DNA of 64,000 nucleotides, from assembly GCA_938091495.1 (NCBI GenBank), contig CALLJF010000012.1:32154-96153 (forward strand). The letters are read 5' to 3'. The notes beneath the pieces were generated by a model that did no database searches, was not told the origin of the DNA, and saw only the letters and a list, made by a program, of their open reading frames with translations. Of this stretch, positions 1 to 10,694 are shown one piece after another. This DNA comes from an uncultured Nitrososphaerales archaeon. Lineage in GTDB: Archaea; Thermoproteota; Nitrososphaeria; Nitrososphaerales; JACAEJ01. The position numbers were made by a program, and so were the translations under genes. Each line of letters opens with the position of its first letter. Position 1 is the stretch's first letter.

Positions 1-255
1 CTGATAATTCTTTAGTAAAATGTTTCTAAGAATGGCCGTTTTTGTAGCTGAAGCAAGTTAGGAGGTACTTGCCACCAGCCTTAAAGAGTTCTGTAAACAT
101 CTTTGATAAAGAGCTCTCTATCATCAACAGTATATGATGGAAGCAACCCATGCCAAAGATGAAGAGCGTTTCCTACGATGGATCTTATCTTGACTTTCGC
201 AGCCTTGGCTTTCTCTTTGGCAATCTCAATAGCTCGTGGGGATATGTCTATCCTT
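1..255 (-). pseudogene. Class I SAM-dependent methyltransferase remnant (frameshifts, stops, deletions)
   Basis: Manual minus-strand translation gives IDISPRAIEIAKEKAKAAKVKIRSIVGNALHL, a frame-shifted GCFHHI, DDRELFIKDVYRTL and a frame-shifted KAGGKYLLTCFSYKNG. These are typical small-molecule methyltransferase motifs spread over several frames. Confidence 0.65.
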
Positions 256-380
256 CTCTATCTTATGGATAATTTTCTATATTCCTTTTGGCGTGATCCA
301 AACTCAACAGGTTCGCTTAATGCTGCTACCAAATATTAACTGATGCTTTTTTCAACTATAATGGCTGGGTTTGAATATGG

Positions 381-1703
381 TTAGGCTTTTGCTGTTACTT
401 TCTCTACAGTCCATCTTTGAGTGATCTCTTTTACAACCCCTGCAGCTATTGTTGTGCCCATGTCTCTAAGAGCGAAACGCCCTAACTCTGGTATATCCTT
501 AAACAGTTCTATGCAAAGAGGCCTTACAGGTTGAATCCTTACTATAGCTGAATCTCCTGTCTTTAGGGATTTGGGCTTCTCCTCAACTACTTGACCAGAC
601 CTTGGGTCTATCTTTGATATTAATTCAGTAATCTGAGCAGCCACCTGAGCAGTATGGGCATGCAATACAGGGGTGTATCCCGCTGCTATCGCTGTTGGAT
701 GGAATACAATTATTATCTGAGCAATGAACTCTTTAGCCACTGAAGGCGGGCTAGTAGGATGACCGATTACGTCTCCTCTTTTGATATCCTTTTTGGCAAC
801 ACCTCTTAGGTTAAAGCCTATGTTATCTCCAGGTATGGCTTGAGGAATGCTTGTATGATGTGTCTCTATAGACTTGACTTCTGCTGTTATCATAGATGGC
901 GCTATAACTACTGTATCTCCAACTTTTAGTACACCTGTCTCTACCCTTCCTACTGGGACTGTGCCTACGCCTGTGATAGAATACACGTCTTGAACAGGGA
1001 GGCGAAGAGGTTTATCGATGGGCTTTGAAGGTTCAACCAGTTGATCAAGAGCCTCATATAGCGTAGGACCTGTGTACCATGACATCTTTTCTGATCTCTT
1101 GACAAGGTTTTCACCCGTCCAGCCCGATCCTGGTATAAACGGAACCTTCTTCGTATCATAACCTACTGTTTTGAGAAGTTTCTCCACACCTGCCTTGACT
1201 TCTTCATATCTATCCTTGCTATAGTTGACGGTAAAGTCGTCGAACTTGCTCATGAATGTAACTACTTGGTTCACTCCTAATGTTCTTAGAAGGAAGGCAT
1301 GTTCACGAGTCTGTCCTCCGGGGCCTATGCCCACCTCATACTCGCCTTTCTTGGCAGATACCACTAACACAGCAGCGTCGGCTTGGCTTGCTCCTGTGAT
1401 CATGTTCTTGACGAAATCTCTATGGCCTGGTGCATCTATGAGAGTGAAGAAATACTTATCTGTCTCAAACTTCTGAAAGGCCAAGTCGATGGTGACTCCT
1501 CTCTCACGTTCGTCCTTTAATCTGTCCAGAACCCAAGCAAATTTGAAGGTATCTCCGGCACCAGTCTTCTCTGACTCCTTTGCATATTCTTCTATAGTGC
1601 GTGCATCAACCACGCCAAGGTCATAAAGAAAATGACCCATAGCTGTCGATTTTCCATGGTCGACGTGCCCACAAATTACAAGGTTCAAATGTGGCTTTGG
1701 CAT
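381..1703 (-). CDS. tuf: Translation elongation factor EF-1alpha
   Basis: GHVDHGKST, ERERGVTID, DAPGHRDFVKNMITGASQAD, LGRFALRDMG motifs; 440 aa. Confidence 0.99.
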   Translation of the reverse strand: MPKPHLNLVICGHVDHGKSTAMGHFLYDLGVVDARTIEEYAKESEKTGAGDTFKFAWVLDRLKDERERGVTIDLAFQKFETDKYFFTLIDAPGHRDFVKNMITGASQADAAVLVVSAKKGEYEVGIGPGGQTREHAFLLRTLGVNQVVTFMSKFDDFTVNYSKDRYEEVKAGVEKLLKTVGYDTKKVPFIPGSGWTGENLVKRSEKMSWYTGPTLYEALDQLVEPSKPIDKPLRLPVQDVYSITGVGTVPVGRVETGVLKVGDTVVIAPSMITAEVKSIETHHTSIPQAIPGDNIGFNLRGVAKKDIKRGDVIGHPTSPPSVAKEFIAQIIIVFHPTAIAAGYTPVLHAHTAQVAAQITELISKIDPRSGQVVEEKPKSLKTGDSAIVRIQPVRPLCIELFKDIPELGRFALRDMGTTIAAGVVKEITQRWTVEKVTAKA

Positions 1704-1776
1704 GCTTACCCACTTTACATCAAAATATAAAATCCTTTCGTTATATAAGGGTTAAGGTGCTTTGAACTCTTATTAA

Positions 1777-1855
1777 TGGCGGGCTCGCGGGGATTTGAAC
1801 CCCGGACCTTCAGCTCCGGAGGCTGACGCCCTGATCCAGGCTAGGCGACGAGCCC
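1777..1855 (-). tRNA. tRNA-Arg(CCG), CCA genomically encoded, no intron
   Basis: Reverse complement GGGCTCG...TCAGC-CT-CCG-GA-GCTGA...GGTTCAAATCC...CGAGCCC-G-CCA folds as a cloverleaf. Confidence 0.97.
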
Positions 1856-1925
1856 TAAAATTTAATCAGCTCGCTGTGTACATTAATAAAATTAAAAAGT
1901 TACGACTTTTTACTCCATATTGTAA

Positions 1926-2621
1926 TTGGACATAAAAGGCTTCGCTGTAGATGTAGATGGAACCATAACAGAGGATGGCGGAGTGATAAGCCTCGATGCT
2001 GCCTATGCTCTTCGCTGGTTGGAGAAGATGAATTATAGAGTGATTTTGGTCAGTGGAAGGAGTGCATGGGAGGCTTATGCCTTATCAGTATATCTTGGGA
2101 CGACAAAAGTCGTAGTAGGAGAGAATGGAGGAGTCGTTGCAACTTCTCCATTGGATATGATGTTACTTGCAGATATTTCCTATAGCTTGATGGCTTACGA
2201 TTATTTGTCAAAGAAAATTTCAAACGTTAAAAAGAAGCTTGTCTTCCCTCGCTTCACAGAAATTGTTTTGGAGAGAACCTTCAATATCGATGAAGGGAGA
2301 AGGGTTCTTGATGAAAGTGGCATACCAGTTACCATCAACGATAGCAAATATGGGTATCATCTCACTCATAAGAGTGTGAACAAGGCGGTAGGCTTAAAGT
2401 TGGCAGTAAAGCATCTTGGTATCGATACAAGCGAGATAGTAGCTGTTGGTGATAGCGAGATAGACATACCTATGTTCAAGATATGTGGCTACAGCATAGC
2501 GTTAGGAAACTCACCTGATAGTCTAAAGAATGAGGCAAGCTTTTCTGTTAATTTAAGCATGGGCGATGGGCTCGTTGAAGCAATTCAGCACGTTGCTGAG
2601 AAATTCATGAAGATTAAATAG
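1926..2621 (+). CDS. HAD-superfamily phosphoglycolate phosphatase (archaeal SPP-like)
   Basis: DVDGT motif I, ENGG, VNKAVG, GDSEID motif; TTG start. Confidence 0.9.
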   Translation: MDIKGFAVDVDGTITEDGGVISLDAAYALRWLEKMNYRVILVSGRSAWEAYALSVYLGTTKVVVGENGGVVATSPLDMMLLADISYSLMAYDYLSKKISNVKKKLVFPRFTEIVLERTFNIDEGRRVLDESGIPVTINDSKYGYHLTHKSVNKAVGLKLAVKHLGIDTSEIVAVGDSEIDIPMFKICGYSIALGNSPDSLKNEASFSVNLSMGDGLVEAIQHVAEKFMKIK

Positions 2622-2633
2622 AGAGGATAAGAA

Positions 2634-4535
2634 TTGAGTTTTAGAGAGTTTAAGGAGCATGTAAAAAAGAGCGTAGAGATAGCCATAGGTGAGGCAGACT
2701 ATCCATTGATAGATTATGAGCTTTTTGAACCTCCAAGACCTGAATTTGGCGATCTATCAGCAAATGTTGCCTTCATGATAGCCAACAAACTAGGTCTTAA
2801 TCCACTAGAAGTGGCAGAGGCTATAGGAGATAAGTTAAGAATACCTGAGGATTCCTTGATAGCAGACTTTGAAGTCCATGAACCTGGTTACATTAACTTT
2901 AAGGTAAGATACCCAGACCTAGCCTACAGATCGATCCTTGATGCAATTTCTAAAGAAGATTATGGCTCATTGAATATTGGAAAAGGGAAGAAGGTTTGTG
3001 TCGAGCATACAAGCGTTAATCCTAACAAAGCTTTGCACATAGGTCATGTGAGAAACCTAGTTCTTGGTGACTCTATCTATAGAGTATTGAAGTTCACAGG
3101 CCATGATGTTCAAATATTGAACTATATCGATGACTCAGGATCACAGATAGCAGACATAGTAGTCGGTTTCAAGTATGCAGGCTTTCCTCTTGAGCCACCA
3201 GATGGTAAAAAGTTTGACCATTATTGTGGCGATCATGTCTATGTAAAAGTCAACGAATTATACGCTAAAAAGCCCGAGCTTATTATGAAGCAGAAAGAAG
3301 TATTAAAGGCTATGGAAGAAGGCAAATCAGATATAGCAGACTTTGCAAAGGAACTGACAAAAAGAATACTGAAAGAGCAACTTAAAACTTGCTGGAGAAT
3401 AGGAGCTTATTACGATTGTCTAAACTTTGAATCTCACATAATAGAGGCAAAAATCTGGGATAGATTGTTCAATCTTATGAAGGATAAAGGCATAGTTCAA
3501 TTCGTAAAGGAAGGCGAGCTTTCTGGATGCTGGGTCATAAAAATGGAAGGCGAGGATAAGGAGAAAGTGCTCAAAAGAAGCGATGGTACCTTGACATATA
3601 TTGCTAAAGACATACCTTACGCTGCATGGAAGATAGGCTTGATCGAAGATCCTTTTCAATATGATATATTCATAAAACAGCCCAATGGAAAAGACCTTTG
3701 GTCTTCAGTATCAGGAAAAGGTAAAGATGAGCACCCTTCCTTTGGTAATTCAGACCTTGCCATAACTGTAATAGATGTTAGGCAGAGTAGACTTCAAAAA
3801 ATTATATCATACATCCTATCTCTCTTGGGCGGTAAATCGGAGAAGAAGTATCTGCACCTTAGTTATGAAGTGGTCTCTTTGAGCAAAAAAACTGCTGACG
3901 AGCTTGGAATAACGATAGAGAAGAAAGAATTCATACATATGTCTGGTCGAAAAGGAATTTACATGAACGCTGACGATGTTCTCGATGCTTTGCATAAAAA
4001 AGCCTATGAAGAAACTAAAAAGAGAAATCCGGACGAGAGTGAAGAGTGGCACCATAACATAGCTGAGAAGGTAGCAATATCAGCCCTTCGCTTCGATCTC
4101 ATAAAGCAGGATTTAGACAAGATGATAGTATTTGATCTGAGTGAAGCTTTAAACTTGGAGGGTGAAACCGGTCCTTATGTTCAGTATGCTCATGCAAGGG
4201 CATCAAGCATAATTCAAAAGGCTGGAATAATACCGATAATCACTCTTGATGGCGCCTCCTTATTAAACGATCCTATAGAGCGAGAATTGGTAAAAATGAT
4301 ATCAAAGTTTGACCTTTACGTTGAGGAGGCTGTAAAGAATCTATCGCCAAAGACTCTCGCTAGATACGCTTATCAATTAGCTACAGATTTCAACGCATTT
4401 TATGAAAGGAAGCCAGTATTGCAAGAAAAGGATGAAACAAAGAGAGAAGCAAGGATAGCTTTGGTCCATGCTTTTAGAAACGTAGTGAAAACTGCTTTTA
4501 ATCTACTAGGGATAGAAACTCCTGATAGAATATAG
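2634..4535 (+). CDS. argS: Arginyl-tRNA synthetase
   Basis: EHTSVNPNKALHIGH (HIGH), MSGRKG, GPYVQYAHARA, DALR-like C-terminus. Confidence 0.98.
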   Translation: MSFREFKEHVKKSVEIAIGEADYPLIDYELFEPPRPEFGDLSANVAFMIANKLGLNPLEVAEAIGDKLRIPEDSLIADFEVHEPGYINFKVRYPDLAYRSILDAISKEDYGSLNIGKGKKVCVEHTSVNPNKALHIGHVRNLVLGDSIYRVLKFTGHDVQILNYIDDSGSQIADIVVGFKYAGFPLEPPDGKKFDHYCGDHVYVKVNELYAKKPELIMKQKEVLKAMEEGKSDIADFAKELTKRILKEQLKTCWRIGAYYDCLNFESHIIEAKIWDRLFNLMKDKGIVQFVKEGELSGCWVIKMEGEDKEKVLKRSDGTLTYIAKDIPYAAWKIGLIEDPFQYDIFIKQPNGKDLWSSVSGKGKDEHPSFGNSDLAITVIDVRQSRLQKIISYILSLLGGKSEKKYLHLSYEVVSLSKKTADELGITIEKKEFIHMSGRKGIYMNADDVLDALHKKAYEETKKRNPDESEEWHHNIAEKVAISALRFDLIKQDLDKMIVFDLSEALNLEGETGPYVQYAHARASSIIQKAGIIPIITLDGASLLNDPIERELVKMISKFDLYVEEAVKNLSPKTLARYAYQLATDFNAFYERKPVLQEKDETKREARIALVHAFRNVVKTAFNLLGIETPDRI

Positions 4536-4586
4536 ATTTGAATTTCGATTAATAAGAACTTTTAATAATGATGATCGTAGGCTATC

Positions 4587-5813
4587 TTGATGATGTTCAA
4601 ACTAGTTTGCATAAACTGTAAGTCAGAGTATAGTCTAGATGAGATAATATATCGCTGCGAAAAGTGCAACAATCTTCTTGAAATTCAAACTGATTTAGAG
4701 AAAGCAAAAGAATTAATCAGTAAAAGAACCTTGGCTTCAAAGCCCCTCTCAGTCTGGAAGTATTCTGATCTTATCCCTGTCTTTGATAGAAATAAGATAG
4801 TAACCATTAATGAAGGAGGAACAAAATTATATAAATGTAGCAAACTGGCAGAAGAACTTGGAATCAAAAAATTATATGTGAAGAATGAAGGAGAGAATCC
4901 AACAGGATCTTTTAAAGATAGAGGAATGACCGTAGGTGTTACGAAGGCCAGAGAATTTAATGTAAGGGAGGTTGCATGTGCATCGACTGGGAATACTGCA
5001 GCATCCTTGTCTGCTTACGCTGCAAAAGCAGGTCTAAGAGGCATAATCTTGATTCCATTTGGAGCAGTTGCAATGGGAAAATTGGCCCAATCTATAATCT
5101 ATGGCGCCAAAGTGATAGCGATAAAGGGAAATTTTGATGAAGCATTACCTTTGATCATAGAGGCCAGCAAGAGCCTTGGACTATATTTACTGAATTCCAT
5201 AAATCCCTTTAGAATAGAAGGCCAAAAGACGGCTGCCTTTGAAGTTTGTGAACAACTCGATTGCCATGCTCCAGATAGATTCATAATCCCTGTTGGTAAC
5301 GCTGCTAACATATCAGCCTACTGGAAGGGCTTTAAAGAATTTTATGAATTGGATTTGGTCAAAAATTTGCCAAAGATGGTAGGGATTCAAGCGTCTGGTG
5401 CGAGCCCGATAGTTCAAGCCATAAAGGAAGGAAGAGATAGCATAAAGCCTGTGGATAATCCGAACACTGTTGCCACTGCCATAAGAATTGGTAAACCTGC
5501 AAGCTGGAAGAAGGCTTTAGCTGCAATAAAAGAGTCCAAAGGTTGTGCTGAATCCGTAAGTGATGAGGAGATACTATATGCTCAAAGATTGCTGGCAAGG
5601 AAAGAGGGATTGTTCGTAGAGCCTGCCAGCGCATCTAGCATAGCAGGTCTTAAGAAATTAATTGAATCGGGTTCAATAGACAAGGATGAAGAGATAGTCT
5701 GTGTTGCTACTGGTCATGGTTTGAAAGATCCTGATAGCGCCTTAAAATTCTATCAAGAGCCTATTGTGATAGAGCCTAGGTCTGATATGCTAAAAGAAGT
5801 CATAAAGAATTGA
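4587..5813 (+). CDS. thrC: Threonine synthase
   Basis: N-terminal zinc ribbon, NPTGSFKDRG PLP lysine, ASTGNT, PVGNAAN, TGHGLKD. Confidence 0.95.
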   Translation: MMMFKLVCINCKSEYSLDEIIYRCEKCNNLLEIQTDLEKAKELISKRTLASKPLSVWKYSDLIPVFDRNKIVTINEGGTKLYKCSKLAEELGIKKLYVKNEGENPTGSFKDRGMTVGVTKAREFNVREVACASTGNTAASLSAYAAKAGLRGIILIPFGAVAMGKLAQSIIYGAKVIAIKGNFDEALPLIIEASKSLGLYLLNSINPFRIEGQKTAAFEVCEQLDCHAPDRFIIPVGNAANISAYWKGFKEFYELDLVKNLPKMVGIQASGASPIVQAIKEGRDSIKPVDNPNTVATAIRIGKPASWKKALAAIKESKGCAESVSDEEILYAQRLLARKEGLFVEPASASSIAGLKKLIESGSIDKDEEIVCVATGHGLKDPDSALKFYQEPIVIEPRSDMLKEVIKN

Positions 5814-5820
5814 ATTACTG

Positions 5821-7104
5821 CTAAACATTAGCCTTAAGAAAGGATGCTATCTCATCTATTCCTATTTGCGTTTCGGTTCCATTTATCATATCCTTTGCGA
5901 CTATTTTCTTTTGTGAATACTCTCTCGGTGCTAATATCAATACGTATTTTGCATTCAAAGACGAAGCAACTTCCATCTGCTTTTTCAAATTCTTTCCTGA
6001 TAGATCATATTCGACTCTTATACCATTCTTCCTTAGTTCTGATGCCAGTCGAATAGCAGGCTTTATGAAATCTTTGTTTGCATATGCAACATATATCAAT
6101 GATAATTCTTCACTCTTAACCTTGCCTATCTTGGACAGTGCGATCGCTATTCTCTCAACTCCTCCTGCAACTCCCGTTGCTGCCAGATCTGGTCTATCAA
6201 AAACTGCTGGTAGGCTATCGAATCTTCCTCCTCCTGCCAAGGCTCCTATATCAATATTTTTTTCATCAAATACCTCAAAGACTATTCCATCATAATAGTC
6301 CAATCCTCTGACTATTCCCATGCTCAAAAGAACATTTTTCATCCCTCTTGTATCAAGAGATTCTGTTAATCTTATCAGATCATCTAAATTTTGAATCCCT
6401 TGCTCTCTTAATGAATTTATTATATCATCAGGCTTTCCTCTTAAATTAGCGAATTCTATGATCTTGTTCATGATGCTCTCATTTATCCCTTTATTAGCAT
6501 ATTCGTCTATGATTTGCTGAATGGTTTTCTTCTTTACTTTGTCCAAAGCCCTTAGTGCATCTAAGATCAATCTCTCATCATTTGTCTTCATCTCTCTTCT
6601 TACATATTCTTCGACTACCTTTCTATTCCCGATCTCTATAATACAATTTTTTAATCCAAGTTTATCAAATATCATATTCGTCAGTTCGATTATCTCTGCA
6701 TCTGCCTCTATACTTTTTGAACCAAAGATTTCTGCATCCCATTGATAGAACCATCTATATCGCCCATATTGAGGTTCATCATACCTCCACATGCTTGAGA
6801 AAGAACATAATTTTATTGGTAGTTGAAGATCACGGCGAGAAGCCACAAACCTTGTTAACCCTACTGTCAAATCGAACCTCAACCCTAGTTCTCTCCCTGC
6901 TTTGTCTTTAAAGTAATAAATTTCATCAGATATTGTAGGTCCGCTCTTTGCCTCCAAAGTGCTTAAGAGCTCGATTGGAGATGGCTCCATAAGCTTGAAT
7001 CCAAAAATCTTAGTAACTTCTAGAAAATTACTCCTTATCCTCTCTAACAGTTCAAAATCCTCTGGCTCTAGATCCCTCATCCCTCTTGGTAGCTGAAACT
7101 TCAT
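5821..7104 (-). CDS. hisS: Histidyl-tRNA synthetase
   Basis: PRGMRD, LRFDLT, RYDEPQYGRYR, RGLDYYDG, GGGRFD, anticodon-binding C-terminal domain. Confidence 0.97.
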   Translation of the reverse strand: MKFQLPRGMRDLEPEDFELLERIRSNFLEVTKIFGFKLMEPSPIELLSTLEAKSGPTISDEIYYFKDKAGRELGLRFDLTVGLTRFVASRRDLQLPIKLCSFSSMWRYDEPQYGRYRWFYQWDAEIFGSKSIEADAEIIELTNMIFDKLGLKNCIIEIGNRKVVEEYVRREMKTNDERLILDALRALDKVKKKTIQQIIDEYANKGINESIMNKIIEFANLRGKPDDIINSLREQGIQNLDDLIRLTESLDTRGMKNVLLSMGIVRGLDYYDGIVFEVFDEKNIDIGALAGGGRFDSLPAVFDRPDLAATGVAGGVERIAIALSKIGKVKSEELSLIYVAYANKDFIKPAIRLASELRKNGIRVEYDLSGKNLKKQMEVASSLNAKYVLILAPREYSQKKIVAKDMINGTETQIGIDEIASFLKANV

Positions 7105-7158
7105 TTTGTATTCTAACGATGGATTGCTATCTTGTTATTAAAATGTTTAATGATATCC

Positions 7159-7563
7159 TTAACTGTAGAAGGTAAGGCGCTTCTCTAATGGTGTATGCTG
7201 TCCAAAGCATTCCTTGTATGAATCGATCATACGCTGAATCTTTACAAAAAGAGTTTCTTTAGGATGATAACCTACTATAGATTCCATCGGTCTTCCACGA
7301 CAGAAAAGGATGAGCGTTGGTGTACCCATGACCCCAAAAAATTCAGCGATCTGAGTGTTTTCTTTGCTTGATAGAATATCGATCTTTGCTATCTTTAATT
7401 TGTCTGCAAAGATTCTTGCTGCCTCATCTATTAATGGATTCAGCTTTTTACACCATATACAGTGTTGATGCCAGAATTCCACTAAGACTGGCTTTTCCGA
7501 TTTGTTGACTTCTAATTCCCAATTGCTTGAATTAACCTCAACAGGAATTGTCAAAATGATCAC
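7159..7563 (-). CDS. Thioredoxin family protein (CIWC active site)
   Basis: PVLVEFWHQHCIWCKKL and GVMGTPTL (cis-Pro) thioredoxin fold. Confidence 0.9.
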   Translation of the reverse strand: MIILTIPVEVNSSNWELEVNKSEKPVLVEFWHQHCIWCKKLNPLIDEAARIFADKLKIAKIDILSSKENTQIAEFFGVMGTPTLILFCRGRPMESIVGYHPKETLFVKIQRMIDSYKECFGQHTPLEKRLTFYS

Positions 7564-9899
7564 TCTTCTTTAACTTTTGAAAAGCCGCTTTCTTTCCCTA
7601 TCCTACCTAGCTCTGCAATCATAGCGGTCAGTTGAATGTCAGGATGGGCTCCTACTATGAGCCTATAATCGTATTTTGCCAATGCTTCTGCAACCTCATC
7701 AAGATTATTTAATTTAAGCTTGAATACCTCTTCATTTACATACTTTATTATGTCTCTTTCAGACATGCCATAAACTCTAATAAGTTCTAGCAACTTTTCT
7801 CTTGCTTCCTTAAATCTCCCTTCCAAGGATAATTCTACCAATTCTCCTACCTTCGCCTTTCCCGATATTCCTGCTACCTTTTTTACATTATCTATGCTAA
7901 TTTCACCTAGGGATGAGGAGGATTGTAGCATATTTATTGCAAGTCTTAGATCTCCTTCAGTCAGTTCATAGATTAAGCTTAAAGCGTTATCAGAATACTT
8001 AACCTTCTCATTCTTACAAATCTTCTTCAAATGGTTTAAAACATCCTTTTCATCTATTCTAGAAAATCTAAAGATGGCGCATCTGCTTTGAATAGGCTCA
8101 ATTATTCCTGAAGAATAATTACAAATCAATATGAATCTGCAAATCCTTGAACTCTCTTCCATTATTCTTCTCAAAGCTGTTTGAGCATCACTGGTCATCT
8201 CATCGGCTTCATCAAGGATTATTATCCTAAAGGGAATCTCAACTCTCTTATCAATATATCTTGCAAAGGTCTTCACTCTCTCTCTTACTGTGTTTATTCC
8301 TCTCTCATCACTATTATGAAGTAGTATAGGCACTGTCCCTCCCCAGAAGGTCTCACTGCCTGGGACAGAGACGTCATAGACATACCCATCGTATTCCTCC
8401 AGCTCTATCCTCTTTACCATAACTACCGAAAGATCAGAATCGATCAGCCTTCTAACTCTCTTTAATAACTCTCTCTCTTCTTCATTTAATGAGGACATCT
8501 CTATCTTCTTTAAGACCTCTCTGGCCTTAATCTTTACGACCCTCTTAGACCTCTTGTAATACAGCTGGTGCCTCAGCTCGTACTTCCAATTGAACCCCAG
8601 CCTATTGCCTATCATCCTTAAGAACTTCAATAAAAACTCTGCCGGGATGAATTCGCTTCGTATGTAAGAGTAGCCTCCCAGTTGCCATACCAATCTCGCT
8701 TCTCTATCGAACACCGAAGTTTCTAGGCCAGATATCCTGCCCAGCCAAGCCACGTCTATTAGAAGTTCATTAGAGATTGAGGAATATCTGACGTGTTCGT
8801 TCCATCTGCCGCTCGCATCGCCCATGTAACCCATAAGAAAGGCATGCCTCAGCTTAAGGGGAAGGCTGAAGATGAAGTCAGGGACTCTCTTGTTCCCAGC
8901 AAGCCTACCACCTTTGTAAAAGTTGTCCCTAATGAACTTGGCCAACTGTGTGGAAGAGAGAGTCAGTTGAATTCCGGATAACCTTCTACTTGTGCCAGAC
9001 CTTATAAGATGAGTTTTGGAGGGTAAGTTGAGACTCTCAACAAAGTATTTAGAGACTTTGTTAGCAACCGCTACCTCTTCTGGATAACCATAGGTCAGAA
9101 CCAAGATGCCACTTGTATCTCCTCTGAACTCTATAGCACCTTCGGCCATGTAGTTGCCAAAGAGCCAGGCCGTTTCTTCATCTATCCTAACCTTATCGAT
9201 GATTCTATTTACCCTAGGGTTCTTTATCCTACCACTCCTCAACTCTGAGAACTCCTTTGGCCTGTAGCCAGATAGGTCCAAATCCTCCAGCTTGCCTTCT
9301 AACACAGTCTTAAAAGTTAGCAACAAATCTCCCTCCTTAAGTTCGCTGACTCTGACATCCCTCAACTCCCCGTCTTCGCTTATGGTCATCACAGAATGAT
9401 CAAGAGTAGTTTTTACGTATCCGCCATCAAATCTTATCTTTGCCACCTTGCCTACTTTATGCCTCGATATGTTCCTCACAGGCATGAAGTTCACGTTAAG
9501 GTCCTCATCAACCGATAGGATCTCCAAGCCTTCAGGGTATGCATATTTGGAATTCTGGTCCTTAAAGTACTCTTTAGCTAACTCGCCTATCGTTGTTCTT
9601 TTGATGACCCCTCCCTTCTTGACCATTATCGGTGTATCAGGGGTTACCGATGCGTTTAGCTCTAAAGTGTAATCTCTCCAATAGTCTTTTAGTATGCTTC
9701 TTGCTATGCATAAAGCAGCTGTAGTCTTTCCAGTTCCAGGAGGACCAGCGAATAACAAATGTGGCATCTCATTTGGTGAATTTAGCATGGATTTTAATCT
9801 CTCAACTATCGAACTTTGATTCACTAAGTCTTCTAGCTTTAAGGGTCTGTATTTTTCTACCCACATCAGATTCTCGATTGCCATCGACAAAGATATCAA
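7560..9899 (-). CDS. rfcS: Replication factor C small subunit, intein-containing (about 333-aa extein)
   Basis: WVEKYRP, GPPGTGKTT, LELNA//SDERG, LDEADEM, SRC motif. Confidence 0.97.
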   Translation of the reverse strand: MISLSMAIENLMWVEKYRPLKLEDLVNQSSIVERLKSMLNSPNEMPHLLFAGPPGTGKTTAALCIARSILKDYWRDYTLELNASVTPDTPIMVKKGGVIKRTTIGELAKEYFKDQNSKYAYPEGLEILSVDEDLNVNFMPVRNISRHKVGKVAKIRFDGGYVKTTLDHSVMTISEDGELRDVRVSELKEGDLLLTFKTVLEGKLEDLDLSGYRPKEFSELRSGRIKNPRVNRIIDKVRIDEETAWLFGNYMAEGAIEFRGDTSGILVLTYGYPEEVAVANKVSKYFVESLNLPSKTHLIRSGTSRRLSGIQLTLSSTQLAKFIRDNFYKGGRLAGNKRVPDFIFSLPLKLRHAFLMGYMGDASGRWNEHVRYSSISNELLIDVAWLGRISGLETSVFDREARLVWQLGGYSYIRSEFIPAEFLLKFLRMIGNRLGFNWKYELRHQLYYKRSKRVVKIKAREVLKKIEMSSLNEEERELLKRVRRLIDSDLSVVMVKRIELEEYDGYVYDVSVPGSETFWGGTVPILLHNSDERGINTVRERVKTFARYIDKRVEIPFRIIILDEADEMTSDAQTALRRIMEESSRICRFILICNYSSGIIEPIQSRCAIFRFSRIDEKDVLNHLKKICKNEKVKYSDNALSLIYELTEGDLRLAINMLQSSSSLGEISIDNVKKVAGISGKAKVGELVELSLEGRFKEAREKLLELIRVYGMSERDIIKYVNEEVFKLKLNNLDEVAEALAKYDYRLIVGAHPDIQLTAMIAELGRIGKESGFSKVKEE
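8313..9650 (-). mobile_element. Intein (446 aa) with LAGLIDADG homing endonuclease domain, inserted at LELNA/SDERG of RFC
   Basis: Starts S-VTPDTPI, block B TTLDHSV, endonuclease blocks WLFGNYMAEG and FLMGYMGDASG, block F YVYDVSV, ends LLHN followed by +1 Ser. Confidence 0.95.
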
Positions 9900-9924
9900 A
9901 TAGGGTATTTATAATTCTGTATAT

Positions 9925-10350
9925 CTAAAGCCTTGCCCTTTCTTTCCATAATATCCATAAATTTATTATGAATATTACCCATGCAGGACCAATTACTCCT
10001 CTTATTTCTAATCCTATCCAGAATAATAGAAATGTAGATGCTAATCCTATGATTATGGCTAATGCTGATACAAATTTCAAATACTTGCTTATTTTACCAA
10101 TATAGAACTCATATCCAGCATAAAATCCTAATAGCGCTGATGCAATGTATGGGATAATAAACATCATACTAGCTTGAACTAAAGCGTTAAAGATTAAAGA
10201 TATGATAAGATATGCACTAGCTGTTATATGCAATAATGCTAATCCTTCGAATTTTGGAGTTTCAGCTATTGCTCCAAGCCTTGCACCACAATTGCCACAG
10301 AACTTTAAATTTGTTGGATTATCGAATCCACACTTCTCACATTTTACCAA
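9925..10350 (-). CDS. Zinc-ribbon domain membrane protein (CxxC...CxxC plus about 4 TM helices)
   Basis: MVKCEKCGFDNPTNLKFCGNCG followed by hydrophobic helices. Confidence 0.8.
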   Translation of the reverse strand: MVKCEKCGFDNPTNLKFCGNCGARLGAIAETPKFEGLALLHITASAYLIISLIFNALVQASMMFIIPYIASALLGFYAGYEFYIGKISKYLKFVSALAIIIGLASTFLLFWIGLEIRGVIGPAWVIFIINLWILWKERARL

Positions 10351-10490
10351 ATTTTATCATCTTTGCTTCATTCGATTCGATTATTTAACTTTTCATTAAA
10401 TCCGATCTCATACAATAAACTTCTGCTAATATAGGTTTATCCGGACACTATCGATGCTCTTACAAAAAGATTTTAAATAATGCCAGCCAA

Positions 10491-10694
10491 ATGGTTGATG
10501 GTTTGAGTCTCATAAAAAAGAGAATTCAGAAGCTGGAGAAAAGGATCGATGAGTTAGAGGATACAATAGAAGTCTTGAGCGACTCTGAAGCAATTAAGGA
10601 GATAAAAGATGCATTAGAAGATATAAAAGAAGGAAGGTTCAAAATTTACGATGATATAGATGCTTATATGGCAGAGCTGGGCTCATCTCCTTGA
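10491..10694 (+). CDS. Putative type II antitoxin (RelB-like, acidic)
   Basis: Small acidic ORF (LEDTIEVLSDSEAIKEIKDALEDIKEGR) overlapping the downstream RelE gene by 4 nt. Confidence 0.8.
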   Translation: MVDGLSLIKKRIQKLEKRIDELEDTIEVLSDSEAIKEIKDALEDIKEGRFKIYDDIDAYMAELGSSP

